The position numbers were made by a program, and so were the translations under genes. 64,000 nt of DNA, from NCBI GenBank assembly GCA_965216875.1, contig OZ244207.1:1984001-2048000 (forward strand), written 5' to 3'. Positions 29,763-38,748 of the stretch are shown piece by piece. Source of the DNA: Rubripirellula sp. Lineage in GTDB: Bacteria; Planctomycetota; Planctomycetia; Pirellulales; Pirellulaceae. Within the stretch, counting starts at the first letter, position 1, and every line of letters begins with the position of its first letter. The notes under the pieces are model-generated. The model made no database searches. It saw only the letters and a list, made by a program, of their open reading frames with translations, and was not told the DNA's origin.

Positions 29763-32700
29763 ATGCTCAAAGCACTCGAACTGGCCGGATTCAAAAGCTT
29801 TGCCGATCGAACCCGGTTCGAATTCCCGGACGGGATCACGGTTGTCGTCGGGCCCAATGGTAGCGGCAAGTCGAACATCGTCGACGCCATCAAGTGGGTC
29901 CTCGGCTCCCAAAGCGCCAAGAGCCTTCGCGGCAAAGACATGTCGGACGTGATCTTCAAGGGATCACAAACTCGCGGGCCGGCCGGGACCGCAGAGGCGA
30001 CGATCATCTTCGACAATTCGACCGGCGACCTGCCCGTCGACGCTCCCGAGGTCCATGTGACTCGGCGAGTCTATCGCAGTGGCGAAGGCGAGTACCTGAT
30101 CAACAACCAGCCAGTGCGGCTGAAGGACGTCAAGAACCTGATTCGTGGAACGGGTATCGGCATCGACGCCTATTCGTTGATCGAGCAGGGCAAAGTCGAC
30201 CGCATGCTCCAGGCCAATGCAAAGGATCGTCGCGCGATCTTTGAAGAAGCGGCCGGTATCAGTCGGTTCAAAGCAAAGAAGCTTGAGGCCGAACGCCGCT
30301 TGGCCCGCGTGCAATCGAACCTGACACGATTGGGCGATATCGTTGACGAGGTTGCGTCGCGTTTGCGAAGTATCCGCAGCCAGGCGTCGAAGGCTGAAAA
30401 ATACCGCCAGGCCAGCGAGCGAATGAAGGAGCTTCGTACCCAAGTCGCATGGGCCGACTGGGGCGACCTTTCAACCGAGCTTGATGCGTCACAGCAAGAG
30501 CTGACGCAGGCGATCGAGAACCAAAAGCAGCTCGAAACGCTGCGCGAGGAAATGTCGCAGCAGCGTCAGGCGGCCGACATCCAGCTTCAGCAGATCGCCG
30601 AAGAGGCACGAGGCGCCGAGCAGCAACGTAGTGAGTGGCTGCAACAGATTGCCCAGCATGCCGGGCGACGCGATGCTGACAAGATGGCGATCAAGGACCT
30701 GCGCAAGACGGTCGCAAAGTCGTTGCGGCGAGTTCGGTTGCTGCAAAACCAAGCCGGTTCCGCAGCCGCTGAATTGCGAGGTGCTTCGGAGCGACTGAAG
30801 CAATACCAGTTAGAACTTGATTCGGTCAAAGCACGCAGCGCCGAAGCGGAAGCTGAACGGGATCGCGTTCAGGAAGAGGTCACCCAGGTTCGCGAGCGTC
30901 GTGACGACATCCAGCAGAAACACCTCGCAACGGTTCGCCGTGTTGCCGACATGGATGCGAGTCGCCAACGCTGCGAACAGCGTGTGGCTGAGACATCGCG
31001 GTTGTTGGAAAATCTTGGCAAACGCGAACAGGTCGCCAAAGGCCTTTTGGCCGAAGCTGAAAAAGAAGCCGCCGCCGCGCGTGATCGCGTCGAAACGCTC
31101 GACAACAAGATCGCTGCCGCTGCGAAGGAGATTGAGCTCGCCGACGCCAAGCTGGCTGAAAACCGTCGCACGCTCGAGCGTCGCCGCGAAGAAATATCGG
31201 CGCTCAAGGTGCGGCTGCAAGGAGTCACCGAGCGACACAACGTCCTCGAAGATCTCGCTCGCCGGCAAGAAGGTGTTTCCGGCGGCGTCCGAACCATTCT
31301 TGCCCAGCTGACTGAGTCATCGTCAAATCTGGGTGTGACTTTGCATGGGATGGTGGCCGATTGCTTCGAAGTTGACGTCAAAGTTGCGCCGCTGATCGAT
31401 GCAGCATTGGGCGAACGCAGCCAATACCTTGTTGCTGCCGACGGATCGCTGCAAAAAGCAATCCTCAGTGGCGAGCTCGAAATCAACAGTCGCGTTGGGT
31501 TGATTCGCATCGACGAGCTTCCCTCACGCCGACCTGGCGACCGAATCCGGCTCGACGGGTTGAAGGGAGTCATCGGGCGGGGCGATCGCATGATTCGCTG
31601 CGAACCTGAGTTTGAACCTCTCGCTCGCCATCTGCTTAGCAACACTTGGTTGGTCGATTCGCTCGAGACCGCATGGGCCCATCGCAAACTCAGCGGTGCG
31701 GGGCTGCGTTTTGTGACCGCTTCGGGCGAATTGCTTGATTCAGATGGGACCACCGTCCTCGGTCCCGCCGGAACATCAACCGGCTTGGTCAGTCGTCGCA
31801 GTGAATTGGCGGCAGCGAAACAAGAAATTGAACACTACCGCTTTCAACTCGAGGAAGCGACGCAGGAAACCGAGCGTCTTGATGGTCGCGTCGACGAACA
31901 GGCCGCAGACCTGGGCCGCATTGAAACCAAGCATCGTAACCTCATTACTGATCGAGCAGCCTCCGAAGCCGAACGCCGCCACGTTGACGAGAGACTCGGC
32001 TCGCAGCAACTGGCCTGTGACGAGATTGCTGGCGAAATCGAATCGACCGCGAAGGTTCGCGAGAATGCCAGCGGCGAACACGAGAGTCTGAATCGACAGA
32101 TCACCGAAGGCCAACAGCAAGTTGAGACGCTCGAGCTGGAAGCTGCGGAAGTCGATGAGATGCTCTCCGAGACTCAGACGGCCCTGCAGACCGCCACCAG
32201 CGGCGTGATGGCGATTTCCGTTGACGTTGCACGCGCCGAACAGAAGCACGAAGCGCTGTCGGCAACGATGGCTCAACAACGTCGCGACCAAGACCAACGC
32301 GAGGCGGCAGTTGAAGAAGTGCGCGTCCAAGCTCGCGAAGGGAAAGCCCGCATCAACGAGCTGACCACACGAATCCTTCAAGCGACCGACGAGCTTGCTC
32401 AACTGCATTGGGATGCCGATCGAGTCGAGCAGCATCTTAAGACGCTCGCACAGGATGCCGCCAATGTTCGCAGCGAAAATCGAACGATCATGCAGGCGAG
32501 CGAACAGGCGATGAAGGATGCAGCGACCGCCAGTGAGACCGTGCATGCGGTGACCTCCCGCCGCGACAATGCAAAGCTACGCCTCGACACATTGGCCGAC
32601 CGTTTGCTTGAAGATTACGAGATTGATCTTCGCAATAGTGAGCCGCCGGAAGACTACGAGCCGCCTGAGGACCGTGATGCGGCCGAAGAGGAAATCACAC

Positions 32701-33359
32701 GGCTACGTTCGCAATTGCAACGCACCAGCAGTGTGAACATGGAAGCTCTTGAAGAGCTCGAGGGATTGCAGGCTCGCTACGACGAATTGCATGGTCAATA
32801 CCAAGACTTGACCGCCGCCAAGGATTCCCTGCAACGGATCATCGGCCGCATCAACGCCGACAGTCGGCGACTTTTCTTGGATACCCTCGAAGCGATTCGC
32901 CAGAACTTCCAAAAGCTCTATCGCAAATCGTTTGGTGGTGGCCACGCCGACTTGATCTTGGAAGAGAGCGACGACCCGCTCGAAGCCGGCGTCGAGATTG
33001 TAGCCACGCCACCGGGGAAACCGAGCTTTAGTAACTCGCTCCTTTCCGGCGGTGAAAAGGCACTCACGGCCGTAGCGCTTTTGATGTCGATTTTCCAGTA
33101 TCGACCAAGCCCGTTTTGCGTGCTCGATGAAGTCGATGCGCCGTTTGACGAAGCGAACATTGGTCGTTTCGTAACGGTGCTCAATGAGTTTCTCGATCAC
33201 TCGAAGTTTGTTGTCGTGACTCACAGTAAGAAAACGATGACCGCCGCGACCACGCTCTACGGTGTGACGATGCAAGAATCAGGCGTCAGCAAGCAGGTTT
33301 CGATCCGCTTTGAAGACGTCAGCGACGACGGTGAAATCAACGAAGGCGAAGCTGCCTAA
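29763..33359 (+). CDS. smc: Chromosome segregation protein SMC
   Basis: GFKSF, GPNGSGKSN, coiled coils with hinge, LSGGEK, LDEVDAP and VVTH. Confidence 0.97.
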   Translation: MLKALELAGFKSFADRTRFEFPDGITVVVGPNGSGKSNIVDAIKWVLGSQSAKSLRGKDMSDVIFKGSQTRGPAGTAEATIIFDNSTGDLPVDAPEVHVTRRVYRSGEGEYLINNQPVRLKDVKNLIRGTGIGIDAYSLIEQGKVDRMLQANAKDRRAIFEEAAGISRFKAKKLEAERRLARVQSNLTRLGDIVDEVASRLRSIRSQASKAEKYRQASERMKELRTQVAWADWGDLSTELDASQQELTQAIENQKQLETLREEMSQQRQAADIQLQQIAEEARGAEQQRSEWLQQIAQHAGRRDADKMAIKDLRKTVAKSLRRVRLLQNQAGSAAAELRGASERLKQYQLELDSVKARSAEAEAERDRVQEEVTQVRERRDDIQQKHLATVRRVADMDASRQRCEQRVAETSRLLENLGKREQVAKGLLAEAEKEAAAARDRVETLDNKIAAAAKEIELADAKLAENRRTLERRREEISALKVRLQGVTERHNVLEDLARRQEGVSGGVRTILAQLTESSSNLGVTLHGMVADCFEVDVKVAPLIDAALGERSQYLVAADGSLQKAILSGELEINSRVGLIRIDELPSRRPGDRIRLDGLKGVIGRGDRMIRCEPEFEPLARHLLSNTWLVDSLETAWAHRKLSGAGLRFVTASGELLDSDGTTVLGPAGTSTGLVSRRSELAAAKQEIEHYRFQLEEATQETERLDGRVDEQAADLGRIETKHRNLITDRAASEAERRHVDERLGSQQLACDEIAGEIESTAKVRENASGEHESLNRQITEGQQQVETLELEAAEVDEMLSETQTALQTATSGVMAISVDVARAEQKHEALSATMAQQRRDQDQREAAVEEVRVQAREGKARINELTTRILQATDELAQLHWDADRVEQHLKTLAQDAANVRSENRTIMQASEQAMKDAATASETVHAVTSRRDNAKLRLDTLADRLLEDYEIDLRNSEPPEDYEPPEDRDAAEEEITRLRSQLQRTSSVNMEALEELEGLQARYDELHGQYQDLTAAKDSLQRIIGRINADSRRLFLDTLEAIRQNFQKLYRKSFGGGHADLILEESDDPLEAGVEIVATPPGKPSFSNSLLSGGEKALTAVALLMSIFQYRPSPFCVLDEVDAPFDEANIGRFVTVLNEFLDHSKFVVVTHSKKTMTAATTLYGVTMQESGVSKQVSIRFEDVSDDGEINEGEAA

Positions 33360-33374
33360 CGCTACAGGCTTCCT

Positions 33375-33498
33375 AACACTCTCCCTTTGGAGAGTCGGGC
33401 TTTAAGGCCCGGAGAGGGATTGTTTTGTGACACTCATGCCCTCCCCGGACTTCAGCGTCCGACCCTCCCGCGAGCGGGCGGGTGATTGTTGGAACGCG
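33375..33498 (+). repeat. ~124 bp multi-hairpin element (family B), left copy
   Basis: AACACTCTCCC...GGGTGATTGTTGGAACGCG, roughly 90% identical by eye to the reverse complement of 35776-35897. Confidence 0.85.
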
Positions 33499-33505
33499 AT
33501 TCAAA

Positions 33506-33537
33506 AACACTCTCCCTTGGGGTGATTTTCGGAACGC
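33506..33537 (+). repeat. Internally deleted copy of the family B element
   Basis: AACACTCTCCCTT joined directly to GGGGTGATTTTCGGAACGC, i.e. both ends with no middle. Confidence 0.65.
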
Positions 33538-33597
33538 ACGTTTACCTGGGCAAGCACTTCAGCTCATCGTGCCAGTGCTTGAGGTTGAGGACCGGCC

Positions 33598-33969
33598 ATG
33601 ACGGACGAACCTAAATCAGACGCGAGCTCAGACCAGTTTCCCCCTGGATACTCTCGTCCAACTCGCAAAACGCCTCCGTCTTTTCCTAGACGACTCTCGA
33701 TCACTCGGCTGATGCAGGCAACGGCCTGTTGTGCGCTCGCATTCGCTGTCGTTCCCTTAGTCTTTGGTCCAGACGCGCTCATCCTGTACACGCTGATCGG
33801 CCTTCTTGTTGCGTTGGTAGCCGCGAAACACGGTGGTGCAGATGCGGCAGTGAAAGGTTTTATTGTGGGGCTCTTCTTGGTTCCAGTCGTGTTGGTTGCA
33901 GTCGCCCTTTTTGTTGCCATTGTCGCGGCAATCCATCAAGTGGCAGATTCCGTCATGGGCTGGTTCTGA
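33598..33969 (+). CDS. Hypothetical membrane protein
   Basis: 123 aa with three hydrophobic segments after RLSITRLM. Confidence 0.7.
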   Translation: MTDEPKSDASSDQFPPGYSRPTRKTPPSFPRRLSITRLMQATACCALAFAVVPLVFGPDALILYTLIGLLVALVAAKHGGADAAVKGFIVGLFLVPVVLVAVALFVAIVAAIHQVADSVMGWF

Positions 33970-34119
33970 AAACGGTAAACGCGGGAGACGACAACTCACG
34001 AGCTCGGCTGGGTTGTGACTGATTGACATCAAAGTTGTTTGCCCAAGGCAACGTGTAGTAACATTGGGCAGAACCCATGTCTTGGCCTACTCACATTCAA
34101 ATCAATTTAGAGCCTTAGA

Positions 34120-34569
34120 ATGCTACTTGCAGTTCTTTATGTTTCCGTTGCAACCGTAGCGTCAATTGGTCAGTCGGATCGGTCAGCAGAACAAAGCCAA
34201 CGACTGCTCGAAGGCAGTTGGGAAGCGCACTTGACCGCAAAAGTTTCAGTTTTGATGGAGATCGATGGTGACCAAATCAAGCTCTTTACCGTCCGTGACG
34301 GCCAGAAATCTCATTCATGGAATGGGAAACTGTCTGTTTCGAAGTCCGATGCAGAACGACATTTGGATTGGAAAGATCGCGTTTCGATCAACGGCAAGCT
34401 GCCAGACAATCAATGCCTCTACCGCCTGCTTGGCGACACGTTGTTGCTGATCGGGGGCGGACCGGATCGTCGTCCCGATCGATTTTTGTCAGGGCACGGA
34501 ACCGAACCGAAGACCATGATCTTCACCCGTGTCGAAGAAGGCAGAAAGCAATCTCGCAAGAGACGGTGA
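34120..34569 (+). CDS. TIGR03067-like planctomycete domain protein
   Basis: Signal peptide, LEGSW, IDGD, HLDW, LYRLLGDTLLL and RPDRF. Confidence 0.75.
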   Translation: MLLAVLYVSVATVASIGQSDRSAEQSQRLLEGSWEAHLTAKVSVLMEIDGDQIKLFTVRDGQKSHSWNGKLSVSKSDAERHLDWKDRVSINGKLPDNQCLYRLLGDTLLLIGGGPDRRPDRFLSGHGTEPKTMIFTRVEEGRKQSRKRR

Positions 34570-34651
34570 GACTGTTGGGCCGACGTGCTGTTTGTCTCTC
34601 ACTCTGTTCGTGAACGAACACCCTGCGCACGAGTTTGGTTGGTGGTCGATC

Positions 34652-35320
34652 GTGTTTCGAAACTTGTTCATCGATAGGTTTTTGATTCGAGTTCTTGCCA
34701 TTAATTTGTTGATCGTGGCAGGCTGCAAGATCGAACAAAAACGCTTCGACCCTCAGCCGGACCGGGCTTTTCTGGAGGACAGGTGGAATGGGTACACGTT
34801 CGACCGCGTTACGGCGCAATATGCGCTTTCGTTGCAAAAACCTGCGCCAGGGCTAAACCGTCGCTCGGGCCAGAGCATTCCGATCGTTTCGAACCAGCCC
34901 GATGCCCCGAGTGATCTGTCGAGCCTGGCCGTTGTTCGACCGACGCACGCACTTGTCTCGCTCGATTTTGTTGCAGGTGTTCCATCGAAATCCAAGGTTA
35001 CGGTGACGGTTCGCTGGCCAGAAGAATCGATTCCTCCGCCAACCAATTCGTGGACAGAAGAAACATTTGAGTCGAACGTCAGATTTGAAGACGTTTGTGA
35101 ACTGCTTAATGAAAGCGAGCAGTTTCGCTGTGATGAAGAAGATCCCTACTACCGGCCATTACGACTGAGCGAGATGCCGACACGATTCGGTTCCGGGGAG
35201 ATGGTTGAACTGCAAATTTCAGGGCCAAACCCAAAGTCTCACTACGAAAGAAGGGTCGAATATCATTCGGGGGCCGTCCTGTGGCGGATTGCGCGACTCG
35301 CATGCCCCGATCTAGGTTAG
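34652..35320 (+). CDS. Hypothetical lipoprotein
   Basis: Lipobox-like LLIVAGC after a GTG start. The ORF-track start at 34529 overlaps the upstream gene. Confidence 0.55.
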   Translation: MFRNLFIDRFLIRVLAINLLIVAGCKIEQKRFDPQPDRAFLEDRWNGYTFDRVTAQYALSLQKPAPGLNRRSGQSIPIVSNQPDAPSDLSSLAVVRPTHALVSLDFVAGVPSKSKVTVTVRWPEESIPPPTNSWTEETFESNVRFEDVCELLNESEQFRCDEEDPYYRPLRLSEMPTRFGSGEMVELQISGPNPKSHYERRVEYHSGAVLWRIARLACPDLG

Positions 35321-35330
35321 GCGACACGAC

Positions 35331-35666
35331 ATGGAAAATTTTCTGTTTGGTCTCGTCGTTGGTTGCTTCCTCACCATTGTCCTCATTCACACGGCACAGT
35401 GGTTCGCGATCATGATTCCTTGGCAGCGCGCGATGATGTCGGGCGCGTCTGTAAGCGTGTTCCAGATTCTTCGGATGCGATTGAAAGGCTGTCCGGTTAC
35501 GTTTCTCGTTGATGCGTACGTTGCCTTCGTACATTCGGGCGAAGAGATCGATCTAGGGCAAGTTGAAGCGTGCTACCTTGCTCGAAAGCACGAGATTCGT
35601 GAGGATGACATGGGCGCATTCCTGAAGATGTTGAAAGAATTTGCAAGAACTGGGCAGAGTCCTTGA
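35331..35666 (+). CDS. Short protein resembling the N-terminal part of flotillin-like FloA/YqfA
   Basis: TM helix then W.RA..SG..VS...I..MRL...P...LV.A......G......QVEA.YLA, matching the FloA N-terminal pattern. Confidence 0.7.
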   Translation: MENFLFGLVVGCFLTIVLIHTAQWFAIMIPWQRAMMSGASVSVFQILRMRLKGCPVTFLVDAYVAFVHSGEEIDLGQVEACYLARKHEIREDDMGAFLKMLKEFARTGQSP

Positions 35667-35750
35667 GCCGCCGGCCGTGAGGCCTCGGGCCCCTCCCAAG
35701 GTATGCTGTAAAATTCAATGCCCGGCCGCTTACGCGATCACGGCTCAAGG
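35661..35750. repeat. Inverted-repeat element (family C)
   Basis: CCTTGAGCCG...CGGCTCAAGG termini with internal imperfect palindromes. It contains the TGA stop of the upstream gene. Confidence 0.7.
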
Positions 35751-35775
35751 TTTCTTGCCTGTGAGCGAAGAGACG

Positions 35776-35897
35776 CGCGCTCCAACAATCACCCTCCCGC
35801 TTGCGGGAGGGTCGGACGCAAAGTCCGGGGAGGGAATGAGTTTCGAAAACAAACCCTCTCCGGGCCTTAGAGCCCGACTCTCCCAAGGGAGAGTGTT
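35776..35897 (-). repeat. Family B element, right (inverted) copy
   Basis: Reverse-complement match to 33375-33498. Confidence 0.85.
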
Positions 35898-35983
35898 GAC
35901 ATGTGCAGTTTCGAAGGCCATTGGAGGCGCAATTGCAACCTCTAGCACTCGCCAGCCGGTTCTCAGTTTTCGGTGCATGACAG

Positions 35984-36421
35984 ATGATTCGCAACGCCTA
36001 CAACGATCAGCTTTACATCGGTGATGCGATCTCCGCTCGTGATCTGAAGCAGGTTTATGATCATCAGTTCGCGGCCGTTTTGGATTTGGCAGCCAATGAG
36101 CCGCCAGCCGTACTTGGACGCGACATTATTTATTGTCGCTTCCCACTTTCTGACGACGGTTCGAATCGCGACTCGCTTGTCGCAGCCGCGATCGAAACTT
36201 TGTGCTCTCTACTTCGGCGCGAGTACCGTGTGTTGGTCGCGTGCAGCGCCGGGATGAGCCGATCACCTATGATCGCGGCAGCGGCCGTTTCGATCGTGTC
36301 AGGGAAATCGCTCGACGCCTCACTTGCGCAGATCGTTGCCAGCGTGCCCCACGATGTATCACCCGCTCTGTATGCATCTGTCGAGCGCGTCCATGCTAGA
36401 CTGACCGTCACTGATTCATGA
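35984..36421 (+). CDS. Dual-specificity phosphatase-like protein
   Basis: LYIGD, PLSDD and the Cx5R loop VACSAGMSRS. Confidence 0.82.
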   Translation: MIRNAYNDQLYIGDAISARDLKQVYDHQFAAVLDLAANEPPAVLGRDIIYCRFPLSDDGSNRDSLVAAAIETLCSLLRREYRVLVACSAGMSRSPMIAAAAVSIVSGKSLDASLAQIVASVPHDVSPALYASVERVHARLTVTDS

Positions 36422-36466
36422 TGATTGAGATGGCGACTTTCTGAGCCTGCCGGAGATTCAATAGCT

Positions 36467-37135
36467 GTGCGGACCCTAGCCATTGGCGATATTCATGGTT
36501 GCTTTCGATCGCTTGACGCCTTGGCCTCGTTTGCCGCGTTCGAACCGGATGACCGAATCATCACGCTTGGAGATTATGTTGATCGCGGGCCCGATTCACG
36601 TCGCGTGATCGAATGGCTGGTTGATCGTCAAGCAACGGGTCGACTGATCCCTTTGCGAGGCAACCACGAGCTGATGATGGTCGCCGCTCGTGGCTCGCAA
36701 CAGCACCTTCAAGAGTGGCTATCTTGTGGTGGCAATGCGGTGCTCCGCTCCTATGGCACCGATTGTCTTGATGATCTCCCCGAAGAGCATTGGCGTTTCT
36801 TGACGAAAGCGTTGCGGTCTCACTACTGCGCGAAGTCGCACTTTTATGTTCACGCCAACGCCTATGCAGAGATTCCGATCGACGAACAGCCTGACTATAT
36901 GCTTTATTGGGAATCGTTCGGCAATCCCGCGCCGCACGAGTCAGGGTTGACGATGGTTTGCGGTCACACACCCCAGCGCGATGGGGTACCGTTGTCGGTG
37001 GGGCACGCCATCTGTATCGACACCTGGGCCTGCAGAGGCGGGTGGTTGACCTGTCTTGATGTCGACTCTGGCGTCTGCTGGCAAGCCAATGAATCTGGCG
37101 AAACGCGACGCTTTTGGCTCGAAGAAGGACCGTGA
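36467..37135 (+). CDS. Ser/Thr protein phosphatase (PPP-like metallophosphoesterase)
   Basis: GDIHG, GDYVDRG, RGNHE, CGHTP and IDT. Confidence 0.92.
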   Translation: MRTLAIGDIHGCFRSLDALASFAAFEPDDRIITLGDYVDRGPDSRRVIEWLVDRQATGRLIPLRGNHELMMVAARGSQQHLQEWLSCGGNAVLRSYGTDCLDDLPEEHWRFLTKALRSHYCAKSHFYVHANAYAEIPIDEQPDYMLYWESFGNPAPHESGLTMVCGHTPQRDGVPLSVGHAICIDTWACRGGWLTCLDVDSGVCWQANESGETRRFWLEEGP

Positions 37136-37253
37136 CGCGATGATTCGATCGAACGCTCTTGAATTCGACAAAACCGCGTTGTGTGTTCGCAATACATCAG
37201 TTCTGGTTTGCCGCTATCCCCGTGATGGATTCCATTTTTTGGTTTGAACACCC

Positions 37254-37772
37254 ATGACCGACTTGAGGCCACGAAGGGAATTCCACTGTTCTCAATGCGG
37301 GGAACATCATGAGATTGCGTTGGCGTTCGGGCCCGCTGCGCCGCTCGGCTACTTTCTTGTTCCCGAGCAGGAACGAGAGCTTCGCTGTGAGTTGACACCG
37401 GATACCTGCTTGGTGGACGAGCAGTTCTACCTCGTCGGCAATCTTGAATTACCGATTCTTGATCGCGACGAGATCTTTTCGTGGGATGTGTGGGTGTCAT
37501 TGAGTCATGAAAACATGCAGCGGGTTCATCAGTTGTGGGAAAGTAAGAGTCGAATCGATGAGCCGCCCTACTTTGGCTGGCTAAGTTCAAGCTTGCCAGG
37601 TTATCCAGAGACGGTTGGACTAAAGACAAATGTGCATACTCGGGCGGTTGGTCGGCGCCCCTTCATTGAGCTCGAACCAACCGACCATCCCTTGGCACTC
37701 GAACAGCGAAACGGGATCGACTGGGAACGAGTCAAGGAAATCGCCCGCATGATCGCCCATCAAGGATCCTAG
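37254..37772 (+). CDS. DUF2199-like protein
   Basis: CSQCGEHH, WDVWVSLS, YFGWL and HPLALEQRNGI. Confidence 0.8.
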   Translation: MTDLRPRREFHCSQCGEHHEIALAFGPAAPLGYFLVPEQERELRCELTPDTCLVDEQFYLVGNLELPILDRDEIFSWDVWVSLSHENMQRVHQLWESKSRIDEPPYFGWLSSSLPGYPETVGLKTNVHTRAVGRRPFIELEPTDHPLALEQRNGIDWERVKEIARMIAHQGS

Positions 37773-38031
37773 TCGCTCGAGTGGGCGGCGAAATCCGCGT
37801 GTTTGAATTTGCGATCTATCTCAATGCTCACGACACTCAGGCGACGCGCGAGGAGACTCTGCGCATCCAAACGATTGATCGTTAGACTATCGTGTGAATG
37901 TGCTGCCCGTTGCCGCGACGAAACACGCGTGTTTTGTCGAAGTCAGGAAGCAGAAGTTTGTTTTCGGAGCAAACGTGACGTTTCGTTTCGCCCCGATGCC
38001 GGTTTGACCTTGGAGAATCGACCTGTACCGT

Positions 38032-38502
38032 GTGACACAAGACATTTTCGTTGGACGTTTTGCGTCGAGTGAACGTCTCGTTTCGTTGCGAGAGTTGGGA
38101 GTGACCGACATTCTCAACGTCAGCGACACACCGAGCCAACTCTCTCGAGACGAAGGTCCGTTTCGCTCGGTCACTTGGGTCGACATCGAAGATCGCACGC
38201 TGATTCCGGTTGCTTCGGCGCTACGTGCGATCGACACGCTTCATCGTGCACTCCTAGCGAGCGAGGGACGCGTCTACGTCCACTGCATGGCGGGTTGGAA
38301 TCGATCTCCGACAATCATTTGGCTCTACTTGCTCGCGTGTGGACTTGATCGAGACGATGCCACGCAACGTGTCTGCGCCGAGGCATTCGATGCTGTTCCC
38401 GGGCATCCCCTGCTGGTAGATTCCAACTTGATCGCGACCGTTGGGTCACATGGTCGCGACAACTATTTGCCGCACAAGCGACCGAGCGCGATTTCCTCGT
38501 GA
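38032..38502 (+). CDS. Dual-specificity phosphatase-like protein
   Basis: LGVTDILNV and VYVHCMAGWNRS. Confidence 0.85.
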   Translation: MTQDIFVGRFASSERLVSLRELGVTDILNVSDTPSQLSRDEGPFRSVTWVDIEDRTLIPVASALRAIDTLHRALLASEGRVYVHCMAGWNRSPTIIWLYLLACGLDRDDATQRVCAEAFDAVPGHPLLVDSNLIATVGSHGRDNYLPHKRPSAISS

Positions 38503-38748
38503 AGCGAGAGCCAGGGGACGTCCGGACTGTGCAGGAGCTACTTCGTCCGTTCGCTGTGATCTCCTCTTTCCAGCGGCTTTAGCCAGCCCGTTCCACGAAT
38601 CTGTCCGGCGAAACCGCTGAACGTCCGTAGCCCAGCGTTAGCAGGGAACAGTGTGTACGTAAAGGGAGTGATTTACTCAAACAAGACTCGCCGCAAAATG
38701 CAAGAATCAGGACTTCCTCTTTTCAACTTTGCTCGCAGGAGAATCACC

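Noticed and set aside
35641..36024. ORFs containing LPLAGGS...PSPGLRARLSQGR
   Set aside because: They are read-through of the family B and C repeats.
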